From the human T2T-CHM13v2.0 reference genome, Homo sapiens: 64,000 bases of DNA. The notes beneath the pieces were generated by a model. That model saw only the letters and a program-made list of their open reading frames with translations, did no database searches and was not told the origin of the DNA. Position 1 is the first letter of the stretch; each line of letters starts with the position of its first letter. The translations under genes were made by a program, and so were the position numbers. Below, one piece after another: positions 18,763-32,630 of this stretch. The stretch lies in the NCBI RefSeq assembly GCF_009914755.1, contig NC_060929.1. One strand, 5' to 3'.

Positions 18763-19173
18763 ACACTAATGGAACTTATGAATGGTCTCCTCTCAAAAAT
18801 GCATACTCAGAAATCTTAGTGTATGGTTTCAAGAGGCTGAACCTGCTAACATTCCCAATGAGTCCAGAAATCTGTTTTAGAAGCATTGCTCTAGGAACTA
18901 CATTGCCACCTAGAAATCACAAACAGGTGGCCTAACAAACCACACTTGTTTTAGTTTGGCTCCTGCAGGAGTGAAAGGCACAGAGATTGTTTCTTAAGTT
19001 TTGAATTAGTTGCCCAAAATTTAAACTTCAGAAGATTTCACATCGGAAAAACAATCCGTATTTCTTAATTCCGTTGAAAACTCAGAAGGCCTAGGAGCAC
19101 TTGGCCCACAGTCCTAGCTACAGATAAGCTATGGCAGCCCCACCTGGAAGATGTCCTCTTCCCTTTACTCTAG

Positions 19174-19563
<390 letters not shown>

Positions 19564-19874
19564 TACTCACTGTTGTTTTCTTAAGCCTGAGTTAAGAGGA
19601 AAGCAGAATAGACTCTGCCTCCTTTTTTCTGAAGTCAGGATCATTTCATTTACGTCATATGCCTGGCCACTGCAGAGATTTGACTTTAGACCCCTTGCCT
19701 AACTCAACTATAAATGATAAGGTTAAGGAAACTAGGACCCAAAAAGATTAAGAGACTTGTCCAAGTTTACACGGAGGCTGACTTGAGCTCTGGTTTTCCT
19801 AATTGCCATATGTGTGTTTGGTCTTTGTCCCTGGTTCCTGGCACAAGGCTCCTAAAAACGCCTGACATTTCCTT

Positions 19875-20721
<847 letters not shown>

Positions 20722-21019
20722 TCACATCTGAGCTTAAGTCACTAATGAGTGACTTAGGGCAGGGCCCGCAGGTAGCCTCAGGATGGGGCTGGTCATCAAA
20801 AAGACCAAGTGATTAGAGGGTTGAAACTATTAGCCCCATTCATTGACCTCCAGGAAGGGAAGGGCAGTGCTGGAGAGTAAACTCTATTTTTTTTAAAAAA
20901 ACAACTCTTGACCGGGCGTGGTGGCTCACACCTGTAATCCCAGCACTTTGGGAGCTGAGGCAGGTGGATCACGAGGTCAGGAGTTCCAGACTAGCCTGAC
21001 CAACATGGTGAAACCCCAT

Positions 21020-21471
21020 TGTCAGGCCTCTGAGCCCAAGCCAAGCCATCACGTCCCCTGTGACTTGCACGTATACGCCCAGATGGCCTGAAGTAACTGA
21101 AGAATCACAAAAGAAGTGAATATGCCCTGCCCCACCTTAACTAATGACATTCCACCACAAAAGAAGTGTAAATGGCCGGTCCTTGCCTTAAGTGATGACA
21201 TTACCTTGTGAAAGTCCTTTTCCTGGCTCATCCTGGCTCAAAAACACCCCCACTGAGCACCTTGCGACCCCCACTCCTGCCCGCCAGAGAACAAACCCCC
21301 TTTGACTATAATTTTCCTTTACCTGCCCAAATCCTATAAAACGGCCCCACCCTTATCTCCTTTCGCTGACTCTCTTTTCGGACTCAGCCCACCTGCACCC
21401 AGGTGAAATAAACAGCCATGTTGCTCACACAAAGCCTGTTTGGTGGTCTCTTCTCATGGACGCGCATGAAA
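21020..21471 (+). promoter_or_regulatory. 5' LTR7 (LTR7up-like) promoter/enhancer
   Basis: tgtcaggcctctgagcccaagc...catgaaa; TATA-like cctataaaa; aataaa; ACAAAAGAAG at 21157. Confidence 0.93.
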
Positions 21472-21473
21472 TT

Positions 21474-21491
21474 TGGTGCCGTGACTCAGAT
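21474..21491 (+). other. Primer binding site for tRNA-His
   Basis: tggtgccgtgactcagat, one mismatch to TGGTGCCGTGACTCGGAT. Confidence 0.95.
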
Positions 21492-22062
21492 CGGGGGACC
21501 TCCCTTGGGAGATCAATCCCCTGTCCTCCTGTTCTTTGCTCCGTGAGAAAGATCCACCTACGACCTCAGGTCCTCAGACCCACCAGCCCAAGGAACATCT
21601 CACCAATTTTAAATCAGGTAAGCGGCCTCTTCTTACTCTCTTCTCCAGCCTCTCTCACTGTCCCTCAACCACTTTCTCCTTTCCACTCTTCAATCTCTCC
21701 CTTCTCTTAATTTCAATTCCTTTCATTTTCTGGGAGAGACAAAGGAGACACGTTTTATCCATGGACCCAAAACTCCGGCGCCGGTCACAGACTGGGAAGA
21801 CAGCCTTCCCTTGGTGTTTAATCATTGCAGGGACGCCTGATTATTCACCCACGTTTCAAAGGTGTCAGACCACGCAGGTATGCCTGCCTTGGTCCTTCAC
21901 CCTTAGCGGCAAGTCTCGCTTTTCTGGGAAAGGGGCAAGTACCCCAACCCCTTCTCTCCTTTTCTTTACCCCTTCTCTGCTTTTCTGAGTGAGGGGCAAG
22001 TACCCCTCAACCCCTTCTCCTTCACCCTTAGCGGCAAGTCCCGCTTTTCTACGGGGCAAGAA

Positions 22063-22285
22063 CCCCCAATCCCTTATTTCCGCGCCCCAACCTCTTGTAT
22101 CTCTGCGCCCCAATCCCTTATTTCCACGCCTCGACCTCTTATCCCTGTGCCCCAATCCCTTATTTCCGTGCCCCAACCTATCTCTGCGCCCCAATCCTTT
22201 ATTTCCGCACCCCAACCTCTTATATCTCTGCACCCCAATCCCTTATTTCCGTGCCCCGACCTCTTATCTCTGCGCCCCAACCCCT
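22063..22285 (+). repeat. HERV-H leader tandem repeat (~40-bp unit, about 5 copies)
   Basis: ccccaatcccttatttccgcgccccaacctctt(a)tatctctgcg repeated. Confidence 0.85.
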
Positions 22286-22364
22286 TTTCTGGAAGGTAAG
22301 AACCCCCGAACTCCTTCCCTCTGTTTCTCTACTCTCTCTTTTCTCTCGGCTTGCTTCCTTCACT

Positions 22365-23480
22365 ATGGGCAACCTTCCACCCTCCATTCCTCCTTCTACT
22401 CCCTTGGCCTGTGTTCTCAAAAACTTAAAACCTCTTCAACTCACATCTGACCTAAAACCTAAATGCCTTATTTTCTTCTGCAATGCCACTTGACCCCAAT
22501 ACAAACTCGACAGTAGTTCCAAATAGCCAGAAAATGGCACTTTGAATTTTTCCATCCTGCAAAATCTAAGTAATTCTTGTAAAACAGGCAAACGGTCTTA
22601 GGTGCCTGACGTCCAGGCATTCTTTTACACATCAGTCCCTTCCTAGTCTCTGTGCCCAGTGCAACTCGTCCCAAATCTTCCTTCTTTCCCTCCCACCTGT
22701 CCCCTCAGTACCAACCCCAAGCATCGCTGAGTCTTTATAATCTTCCTTTTCTACAGACTCATCTGATGTCTCCCTTCCTCCCCAGGCCAAGCTAGGTCCC
22801 AATTCTTCCTCAGCCTCCGCTCCTTCACCCTATAATCTTTTTATCGCCTCCCCTCCTCACACCTGGTCCGGCTTACAGTTTCGTTCCGTGACTAGCCCTC
22901 CCCCACCTGCCCAGCAATTTACTCTTAAAAAGGTGGCTGGAGCTAAAGGCATAGTCAAGGTTAATGCTCCTTTTCCTTTATCACAAATCAGATAGCGTTT
23001 AGGCTCTTTTTCATCAAATATAAAAACCCAGCCCAGTTCATGACTCGTTTGGCAGCAACCCTGAGACGCTTTACAGCCCTAGACCCTAAAAGGTCAAAAG
23101 GCCGTCTTATTCTCAATATACATTTTATTACCCAATCTGCTCCCGACATTAAATAAAACTCCAAAAATTAGAATCTGGCCCTCAAACCCCACAACAGTAC
23201 TTAATTAACCTCACCTTCAAGGTGTACAATAATAAAAAAAAAAGTTGCAATTCCTTACCTCCACTGTGAGACAAACCCCAGCCACATCTCCAGCACACAA
23301 GAACTTCCAAACGCCTGAATCGCAGCGGCCAGGCATTCCTCCAGAACCTCCTCCCCCAGGAGCTTGCTACACGTGCCGGAAATCTGGCCACCAAGCCAAG
23401 GAATGCCCGCAGCCCGGGATTCCTCCTAAGCCGTGTCCCATCTGTGCGGGACCCCACTGAAAATCGGACTGTTCAACTCA
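22365..23480 (+). pseudogene. gag: HERV-H gag remnant
   Basis: MGNLPPSIPP...LIFFCN start with an early stop; zinc knuckles [14 protein letters not shown] and [12 protein letters not shown]. Confidence 0.88.
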
Positions 23481-23629
23481 CCTGGCAGCCACTCCCAGAG
23501 CCCCTGGAACTCTGGCCCAAGGTTCTCTGACTGACTCCTTCCCAGATCTTCTCGGCTTATCGGCTGAAGACTGACACTGCCCGATCGCCTCGGAAGCCCC
23601 GTAGACCATCACGGACGCCGAGCTTCAGG

Positions 23630-25790
23630 TAAGTCTCACAGTGGAAGGTAAGCCCGTCCCCTTCTTAATCAATATGGAGGCTACCCACTCCACATTACCT
23701 TCTTTTCAAGGGCCTGTTTCCCTTGCCTCCATAACTGTTGTGGGTATTGACGGCCAGGCTTCTAAACCTCTTAAAACTCCCCAACTCTGGTGCCAACTTA
23801 GAAAATACTCTTTTAAGCACTCCTTTTTAGTTATCCCCACCTGCCCAGTTCCCTTATTAGGCTGAGACACTTTAACTAAATTATCTGCTTCCCTGACTAT
23901 TCCTGGACTACAGCTATATCTCATTGCCGCCCTTCTTCCCAATCCAAAGCCTCCTTTGCGTCCTCCTCTTGTATCCCCCCACCTTAACCCACAAGTATAA
24001 GATACCTCTACTCCCTCCTTGGCAACCGATCATGCACCCCTTACCATCTCATTAAAACCTAATCACCCTTACCCCACTCAACACCGATATCCCATCCCGC
24101 AGCACGCTTTAAAAAGATTAAAGACTGTTATCACTCGCCTGCTACAGCATGGCCTTTTAAAGCCTATAAACTCTCCTTACAATTCCCCCATTTTACCTGT
24201 CCTAAAACCAGACAAGCCTTACAAGTTAGTTCAGGATCTGTGCCTTATCAACCAAATTGTTTTGCCTATCCACCCCGTGGTGCCAAACCCATATACCCTC
24301 CTATCCTCAATACCTGCCTCTACAACCCATTATTCTGTTCTAGATCTCAAACATGCTTTCTTTACTATTCCTTTGCACCCTTAATCCCAGCCTCTCTTCG
24401 CTTTCACTTGGACTGACCCTGACACCCATCAAGCTCAGCAAATTACCTAGGCTGTACTGCCGCAAAGCTTCACAGACAGCCCCCATTACTTCAATCAAGC
24501 CCAAATTTCTTCCTCATCTGTTACCTATCTCGGCATAATTCTCATAAAAACACACGTGCTCTCTCTGCCAATCGTGTCCCACTGATCTCTCAAACCCCAG
24601 CACCTTCTACAAAACAACTCCTTTCCTTCCTAGGCATGGTTAGTGTGGTCAGAATTCTTACACAAGAGCCAGGACCACACCCTGTAGCCTTTCTGTCCAA
24701 ACAACTTGACCTTACTGTTTTAGCCTAGCCCTCATGTCTGCGTGTAGCGGCTGCCACTGCATTAATACTTTCAGAGGCCCTCAAAATCACAATCTATGCT
24801 CAACTCACTCTCTACAGTTCTCATAACTTCCAAAATCTATTTTCTTCCTCATACCTGACGCATATACTTTCTGCTCCCCGGCTCCTTCAGCTGTACTCAC
24901 AATTACCATTGTTCCTGGCCCGGACTTCAATCTGGCCTCCCACATTATTCCTGATACCACACCTGACCCCCATGACTGTATCTCTCTGATCCACCTGATA
25001 TTCACCCCATTTCCCCATATTTCCTTCTTTCCTGTTCCTCACCCTGATCACGCTTGATTTATTGATGGTCCACCAGGCCTAATCGCCACACACCAGCAAA
25101 GGCAGGTTATACTATAGTACAAGCCACTAGCCCGCCTCTTAGAACCTCTCATTTCCTTTCCATCGTGGAAATCTATCCTCAAGGAAATAACTTCTCAGTG
25201 TTCCATCTGCTATTCTACTACTCCTCAGGGATTATTCAGGTCCCCTCCCTTCCCTACCCATCAAGCTCGAGGATTTGCCCCATCCAGGACTGGCAAATTA
25301 GCTTTACTCAACATGCCCTGAGTCAGATAACTAAAATACCTCTTAGTCTAGGTAGATACTTTCACTGGATAGGTAGAGGCCTTTCCTACAGGGTCTGAGA
25401 AGGCCACCACAGTCATTTCTTCTGTTCTGTCGGACATAATTCCTCAGTTTAGCCTTCCCACCTCAATACAGTCTGAAAACAGATGAGCCTTTATTAGTCA
25501 AATCAGCTAAGCAGTTTTTCAGGCTCTTAGTATTCAGTGAAACCTTTATATCCCTTACGGTCCTCCATCTTCAAGAAAAGTAGAATGGACTAAAGGTCTT
25601 TTAAAAACACACCTCACCAAGCTCAGCCACCAAAAAGGACCGGACAATACTGTTACCACTTTCCCTTCTCAGAATTCAGGCCTGTCCTCGGAATGCTACA
25701 GGGTACAGCCCATTTGAGCTCCTGTGTAGACGCTCGTTTTTATTAGGCCCCAGTCTCATTCCAGACACCAGACCAACTTAGACTGTGCCC
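23630..25790 (+). pseudogene. pol: HERV-H pro-pol remnant (PR, RT, RNase H, IN) with stops and deletions
   Basis: PFLINMEATHS (degenerate protease site), PYNSPILPV, YKLVQDL, SVLDLKHAFF, LPQSF, DWQISFT. Confidence 0.9.
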
Positions 25791-26356
25791 CCGAAAACTT
25801 GTCATCCCTACTATCTTCTGTCTAGTCATACTCCTATTCACCGTTCTCAACTACTCATACATGCCCTGCTCTTGTTTACACTGCCGGTTTACACTGTTTT
25901 TCCAAGCCATCACAGCTGATATCTCCTGGTGCTATCCCCAAACTGCCACTCTTAACTCTTGAAGTAAATAAATAATCTTTGCTGGCAGGACTATGCTGAA
26001 TCTCCTTAGGCACTCTCTAATCAGATATCCTGAGTCGTCCCAATTCTTAGACCTTTTATACCTGTTTTTCTCCTTCTGTTATTCCATTTAGTTTCTCAAT
26101 TCATCCAAAACCATATCCAGGCCATCACCAATCATTCTATATGACAAATGTTTCTTCTAACATCCCCACAAAATCACCCCTTACCATAAGACCTCCCTTC
26201 AGCTTAATCTCTCCCACTCTAGGTTCCCACACTGCCCCTAACCCCGCTTGAAGCAGCCCTGAGAAACATCGCCCATTCTCTCTCCATATCACCCCCCAAA
26301 AATTTTCGCCACCCCAACACTTCAACACTATTTTGTTTTATTTTTCTTATTAATAT

Positions 26357-26369
26357 AAGAAGGCAGGAA
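26357..26369 (+). other. Polypurine tract
   Basis: aagaaggcaggaa immediately before the 3' LTR. Confidence 0.9.
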
Positions 26370-26817
26370 TGTCAGGCCTCTGAGCCCAAGCCAAGCCATC
26401 ACGTCCCCTGTGACTTGCACGTATACGCCCAGATGGCCTGAAGTAACTGAAGAATCACAAAAGAAGTGAATATGCCCTGTCCCGCCTTAACTGATGACAT
26501 TCCACCACAAAAGTGTAAATGGCCGGTCCTTGCCTTACGTGATGACATTACCTTGTGAAAGTCCTTTTCCTGGCTCATCCTGGCTCAAAAAACACCCCCA
26601 CTGAGCACCTTGCGACCCCCACTCCTGCCTGCCAGAGAACAAACCCCCTTTGACTATAATTTTCCTTTACCTGCCCAAATCCTATAAAACGGCCCCACCC
26701 TTATCTCCCTTCGCTGACTCTTTTTGGACTCAGCCCGCCTGCACCCAGGTGAAATAAACAGCCATGTTGCTCACACAAAGCCTGTTTGGTGGTCTCTTCA
26801 CACGGACGCTCATGAAA
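26370..26817 (+). repeat. 3' LTR7
   Basis: about 97% identical to the 5' LTR (about 11 substitutions and 3 indels by hand). Confidence 0.97.
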
Positions 26818-26830
26818 CCCATCTCTACTA

Positions 26831-27115
<285 letters not shown>

Positions 27116-27384
27116 CTATGCATCTCTTCCATTTGACTTCCTGAGTTGCAGCCTTTATAACAAACTGATCAACATAAATAAGGTATCCCTGAGTTCTGTG
27201 AGCCATTATTTCAAATTATCGAATCGGGGTGGGGGGTGGCGGGGGGCGGTTACAGTAGCTCTTGATTTGTAGCAAGGACAGCCAGAAGTGCCGGAACCTG
27301 AGACTTGTAACTGATGTGAAGTGGGAGGAGCCTTGTGGGACTGAGTCCTTAACCTGTGGTGTCTATGCTAGTAATAGCTTTGGG

Positions 27385-28037
27385 CAGCAAGAAATAAAAA
27401 TAAAATCCTAAACTGCCCAACGGACTAAACAGACCCTCTCTTGGTTAAAGAGACCCCATAGTAACCTTGAAAATTGAGTTCTGTGTCATGGTGGGATAGG
27501 AGGTTGGACACACCTTATTATGCCCTCTCCCTAGCTAAGCATGATAAGGCTTTCTTTCCTAAGGGCTTAACAGAAACCAGCCCTTTCAAAAGGCTCTCAT
27601 ATCAACCAACCATGTGAGGCTGCCCCCCCATGATAAGAGGCCACTGACCACGGAGCGGTTCTGGCCAGTCTACAAAGAATGTGCAGTAGGGGTTTCTGTG
27701 CTCTCTGCTTCATCTTTTGGGGTCAGAGGGCTGAAAACTCTACCCTCAGATCATGCTATCACCACCGTTTTTGTACACGGGACACACGAAGGGGCATGAA
27801 GCTCATGTTTCTCCTTTCATAAATATTCACAACTCCTGCTACAGCTTATTGAATATGCATATTCGGCCAGCCCGCTCGGTATAAATTCATGTGCCCTTTG
27901 CCACTCCCTTGACGCATCTGTTTCTGGCTTCTGGCCAGCACCTACACTTCCCAGCCTGTCACTCTGCAGGCTGCAACGCTTTATGAGAAAGAAAACTCTC
28001 CTTTCCACATGTATAGGCCTTGTCATTCTCAGTTGAC
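27385..28037 (+). mobile_element. MER39/MER34-like ERV1 solo LTR inside the MER21
   Basis: aaataaaatcctaaactgcccaacggactaaacagaccctctcttgg...cattctcagttgaca. Confidence 0.6.
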
Positions 28038-28254
28038 AGTAGTTATTGTCAGAATTGAATTGAATTTTAGGATATTCATTTAATGTTCACAGAGAATTGG
28101 TGGTTGGTCTTGGAAAACACCCCAGACTAACTCAATGTTCTTTCCATTACACTGCCTTCACAGCTGAATAAAAAGCCAAGAAACTTATAGTGTCACTAGA
28201 AACCACGGACAACTGCAAATCAATAAAAATTGATTTCAAAAGAATCAAGCTGCC

Positions 28255-28707
<453 letters not shown>

Positions 28708-29836
28708 AAGAATCAAGCCTTTTTAGGTCATCTCTGTACACCCATCAAGTACTCAGAGATACCCAATCAATGCTTGACCTAGTGAATGGGCAAATAAAAT
28801 GAATGAATCCATTTTCAAATTATAGTTTAATCTGGGGAAAAGTAAGATTCATTTAAAAGCCCCTTTTCACTAACAACTTAAGGTGTAATTTTATTTCTGA
28901 CCAATTGTCTTATTTTTAATGGAATCAAATCTATCATATAAAATACATAGCTCTAGCTTACCCCCAAGGTTGATGTACAGCAAATTCAGTAATTTTCTTA
29001 ACCTAATGTGATCATTTGGTTTAAAAACACTGAAGGCTCCTTTAAATATCCAGAGTTCAAGTTTCAAGTCATCAAAACTCATGATTTGTCCTGATTCCAA
29101 GATAAAAGAAACAGGTGACCTGAGCTGCTGGTGCTAGGAACCACTGCTGCAGAGAAGGCAAAGTTTCTTCTGTCTGACCATCGACAGCAGCCAGTCAGAC
29201 CTGAGCCCCTACTCTGTTCTGAAAATCCATTCCTCTCTGTCTCCTGCTAAGCATTGCTTCTCTTTGGGAAATTATTCTCCACTCTGACCAATGGCAATGT
29301 TATGCCCTAGAGTAATAAATGAGAGTCACTTGACCTTTTTGGGAAAGTCATTATCATTATTATAGTTTAATTTTAAAAAGCATTTCCTCCTGAATATTTA
29401 TATCATCCAACCCCTGAGGACACTAACTGCCATTGCTAGTGGCCCCTGTATCTGTTTTCTTCTTTTTTAGTAATAGACTTCCTATTTCTAGCCACATAGC
29501 CACAGACAGAAGTAGCCATGTGCCTAAGTTCTAGCAAAGGGGATGTAAATAGAAGTGTCATGTATAACTTCCAGAAAGGTCAGGCTGCCTGGAATGTGGA
29601 CATGATAGCTGAATATCAAACAATCATTTTAGTCAATGAGGCTGAAAGCCACTTTTGGTTAGTTGGCAGTAATTGTGTTTGATTAAAAATTTTTGCATAA
29701 AACAAGTTTTCACTATTCCCACTGAGACACTCTCACGTCTGCACCCTGGATGGGTATGTGAAAATAATGTTCCTCTTTCTTTTTGCTCATATAAATAAAT
29801 GCTTTTTAAAATTTCTTACAGCAATTTTATTTTCTG

Positions 29837-30024
29837 TGTCCCTACAGAAAACCTCATTCACCTCTGGATCCAGTTCCATAAAGTGGTGTTTGGGACCTAT
29901 AGCCTTCCTCATTGCCGAGAGGGGGAAATCAGTGTCATGGCTGTCTGGAAATGTGGCCTTGATGTTTTGAATGAATAATGGCTCTAATAACATTCAGTAC
30001 CAGGTGGAGGGAGAAAGGATATTA
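29837..30024 (+). repeat. Inverted repeat, left arm (non-Alu)
   Basis: aligns to the reverse complement of 31462-31658 with about 23 substitutions and 3 indels. Confidence 0.93.
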
Positions 30025-30029
30025 GTATC

Positions 30030-30283
30030 CCTCCCTCCCTCCCTCCCCCTTCCTTCCTTCCTTCCTTCCTTGCTTCCCTCTTTCCCTCCCTTCCTCTCTT
30101 TCTTTTATTTTCTTTTCTCTTTTCTTTTCTTTCTTAAGACAGGGTCTTACTCTGTTACCCAGGCTGGAGAACAGTGGTGCAATCATAGCTCACTGTAACC
30201 TCAAACCCCTGAGCTCAAGCGATCCTCCTGCCTCAGCGTCCTGAGTAGCTAGAACTACAGGCATGCACCACCACGCCCAGCTA
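30030..30283 (-). mobile_element. AluJ right arm / FRAM with (CCTT)n-like tail
   Basis: antisense right monomer. Confidence 0.85.
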
Positions 30284-30594
30284 GTAGTAATTTTAATATG
30301 TGACTAAAATATACATTTTTCATTCCCTTTAAAACAAAAGCCACCACCCTACTAAAATGATTTTTGAAGCTGGACAATGGTAGAGGGTTTTGTTTGTATG
30401 TTGGTTTTTTGATTTTTGTTTTAACATGCTCTAGGGGTGATGGAGAACCACTGTTTCTATATCTTGAGCTTTAAATTCCCACATCCACTTCATCTCTTGT
30501 GCTTACTGTGAACATATTAACCACACCCAGATCTAATCCAGGGATTTTCATTTGCTAATTCCAAGAGGGAAGGGTAGACCATGGTTAGACGCAT

Positions 30595-30832
30595 CCAGTC
30601 ACCACTAGGTAATGTTCACAGCACATTCTGAAGAGTTAACTAAAATACATCACTTTTCATTTTAAAGTGAATGGTTTTGAGGTATATTTCAACCCTATTT
30701 CTGGGTTACCCAACCGGTCACCACTAGGTAATGTTCACACCACATTCTACAGAGTTAACTAAAATACATTGCTTTTCATTTTAAAGTGAATGGTTTTGAG
30801 GTAAATTTCAACCGTATTTCTGAATTACCCAT
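30595..30832. repeat. 119-bp tandem duplication (2 copies, about 91% identical)
   Basis: cc(a/g)gtcaccactaggtaatgttcaca...ttaccca starts at 30595 and 30714. Confidence 0.95.
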
Positions 30833-31110
30833 TTCAATTATATTTATGAATTATTAAAGCTAATAGAACTTCATAATATAACAAATGTAGATAATTAAAA
30901 CATGTTTATACAAAAACAAAATATGTTAGCAGACTTCCAGTTTCTTTGTGAGGCTACTGAATCTAAATGAAAATGTCTTCTTTCTTACTTGATTGTTCAT
31001 AATTGCCTTCTGTAAGAGTTAGGATACAAAGTTCCTAAAACAAAGCAATTTGTCAAGCAATTCTGCAGTTTTCAGTGAAGATGTAAATAAGGTAGAACCC
31101 CTTGAGAGCA

Positions 31111-31113
31111 GTG

Positions 31114-31146
<33 letters not shown>

Positions 31147-31268
31147 ATTTTTGTAGAGATGGGGTCTTGTTATGTTGCCCAGGCTAGTCTCAAACTCCTG
31201 GCTTTAAGTGATCCTCCTGCCTTGACCCAAAGTGCTGGGATTACAGGCTTTAGCCACCACACCTGGCC
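31111..31268 (-). mobile_element. FLAM / Alu left arm with (TG)n microsatellite
   Basis: (tg)n then antisense left monomer. Confidence 0.85.
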
Positions 31269-31461
31269 CATAAATATATATTTAAATGAACGAAGGAGGC
31301 AACACAATGTAGCAAAAATAATCTGGAAGATGGGAGAAAGACCTGGGTTTGGGTCTTGATTCTGTCTTCTACTGGCTGTCAAATGAGGTCAATTGCATCT
31401 CTTAGGATAGTTATAAGGACAATTGATATCTTGCCTGCGCATAGTGGGTACTCAGCAAGAT

Positions 31462-31658
31462 TAATTTCCTTTCTCCCTCCACTTGGTACTGAATGTTATC
31501 AGAGGGTACAGAGCCATTATTCATGAAAACATCAAGGCCACATCTCCAGATGGCCCTAACACTGACTTGCCCCGGTCAGCAATGAAGAACGCTGATAGGA
31601 CCCAAACACCACTTTATGAAGCATGATCCAGAGGTGAATGAGGATTTCCGTAGGGACA
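31462..31658 (-). repeat. Inverted repeat, right arm
   Basis: reverse complement tgtccctacggaaatcctcattcacctctggatc...ggagggagaaaggaaatta. Confidence 0.93.
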
Positions 31659-32261
31659 TGTGTGGAAATAGGAAGATAAGACCCTCAACCCCACAGCCAG
31701 GTCTTAGGGGAATCCAGGGACAGCCAGGTCTCATGGCAATGGAACTGTGCTTTAGGGACCTGAAGACCTTCAGTCACAGGTTTTGGGGATTTCCTACTTA
31801 AGGGTTTCACCATTACATTGTCTTGGTGACTCAGCCTCTGTTTCTCCTGTTACTGCTGCTGTTGACTAACTGGCTTTGATGCTTTGTATTCAAATGCTCC
31901 AAGAGAGACATTCTTAATTGGTTTGTAGTCTAAGCTGCCTCTGTTTCACAAAGCTTTTGTAGCAAGCTGTTTTCGCAAGTCACTGACCAGCCTACAGATT
32001 GGCTTTTTCTGGGTCAGGTGTCTTCTCTGTACCAATGAGCTTAGCCAGTGTGACAGTCTGCATGGCCAACTTTTCTCTGGATGCACCATGAACATGGAAG
32101 ACATTCAGACCACGGTAGGTGGTTTGTCTATCTGTTTCTAAACTGGTAAAAACATTTGTCATGTAGAGTTGGAGGAGAGAAGGTCATTTGTCTATCAAAT
32201 GCCAAATTTTGGAGGATGTGAAGAGCAAAGACTCTTCTATTTCCCCTCAAATTGTATTTGA

Positions 32262-32630
<369 letters not shown>

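Larger units (their letters stand above)
21020..26817 (+). mobile_element. HERV-H provirus, 5.8-kb deleted type, both LTRs, 5-bp TSD CCCAT
   Basis: paired LTR7s, His PBS, degenerate gag-pro-pol, PPT; CCCAT at 21015-21019 and 26818-26822. Confidence 0.98.

Noticed and set aside
21865-22493. Repetitive ORFs on both strands; CRISPR-like periodicity
   Set aside because: HERV-H leader tandem repeat with no unique spacers, in eukaryotic DNA
25800-26350. HERV-H env gene
   Set aside because: Only a short remnant; no env ORF in this deleted provirus type
30507-30630. Minus-strand exon-like segment (ttcAG...GTAAGC)
   Set aside because: Stops in all frames and no other support
29787-31801. Similar peptides (FMELDPEVNEVFCRD / MKHDPEVNEDFRRD) on opposite strands
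   Set aside because: By-product of the inverted repeat; indels break the frame and there is no protein family resemblance
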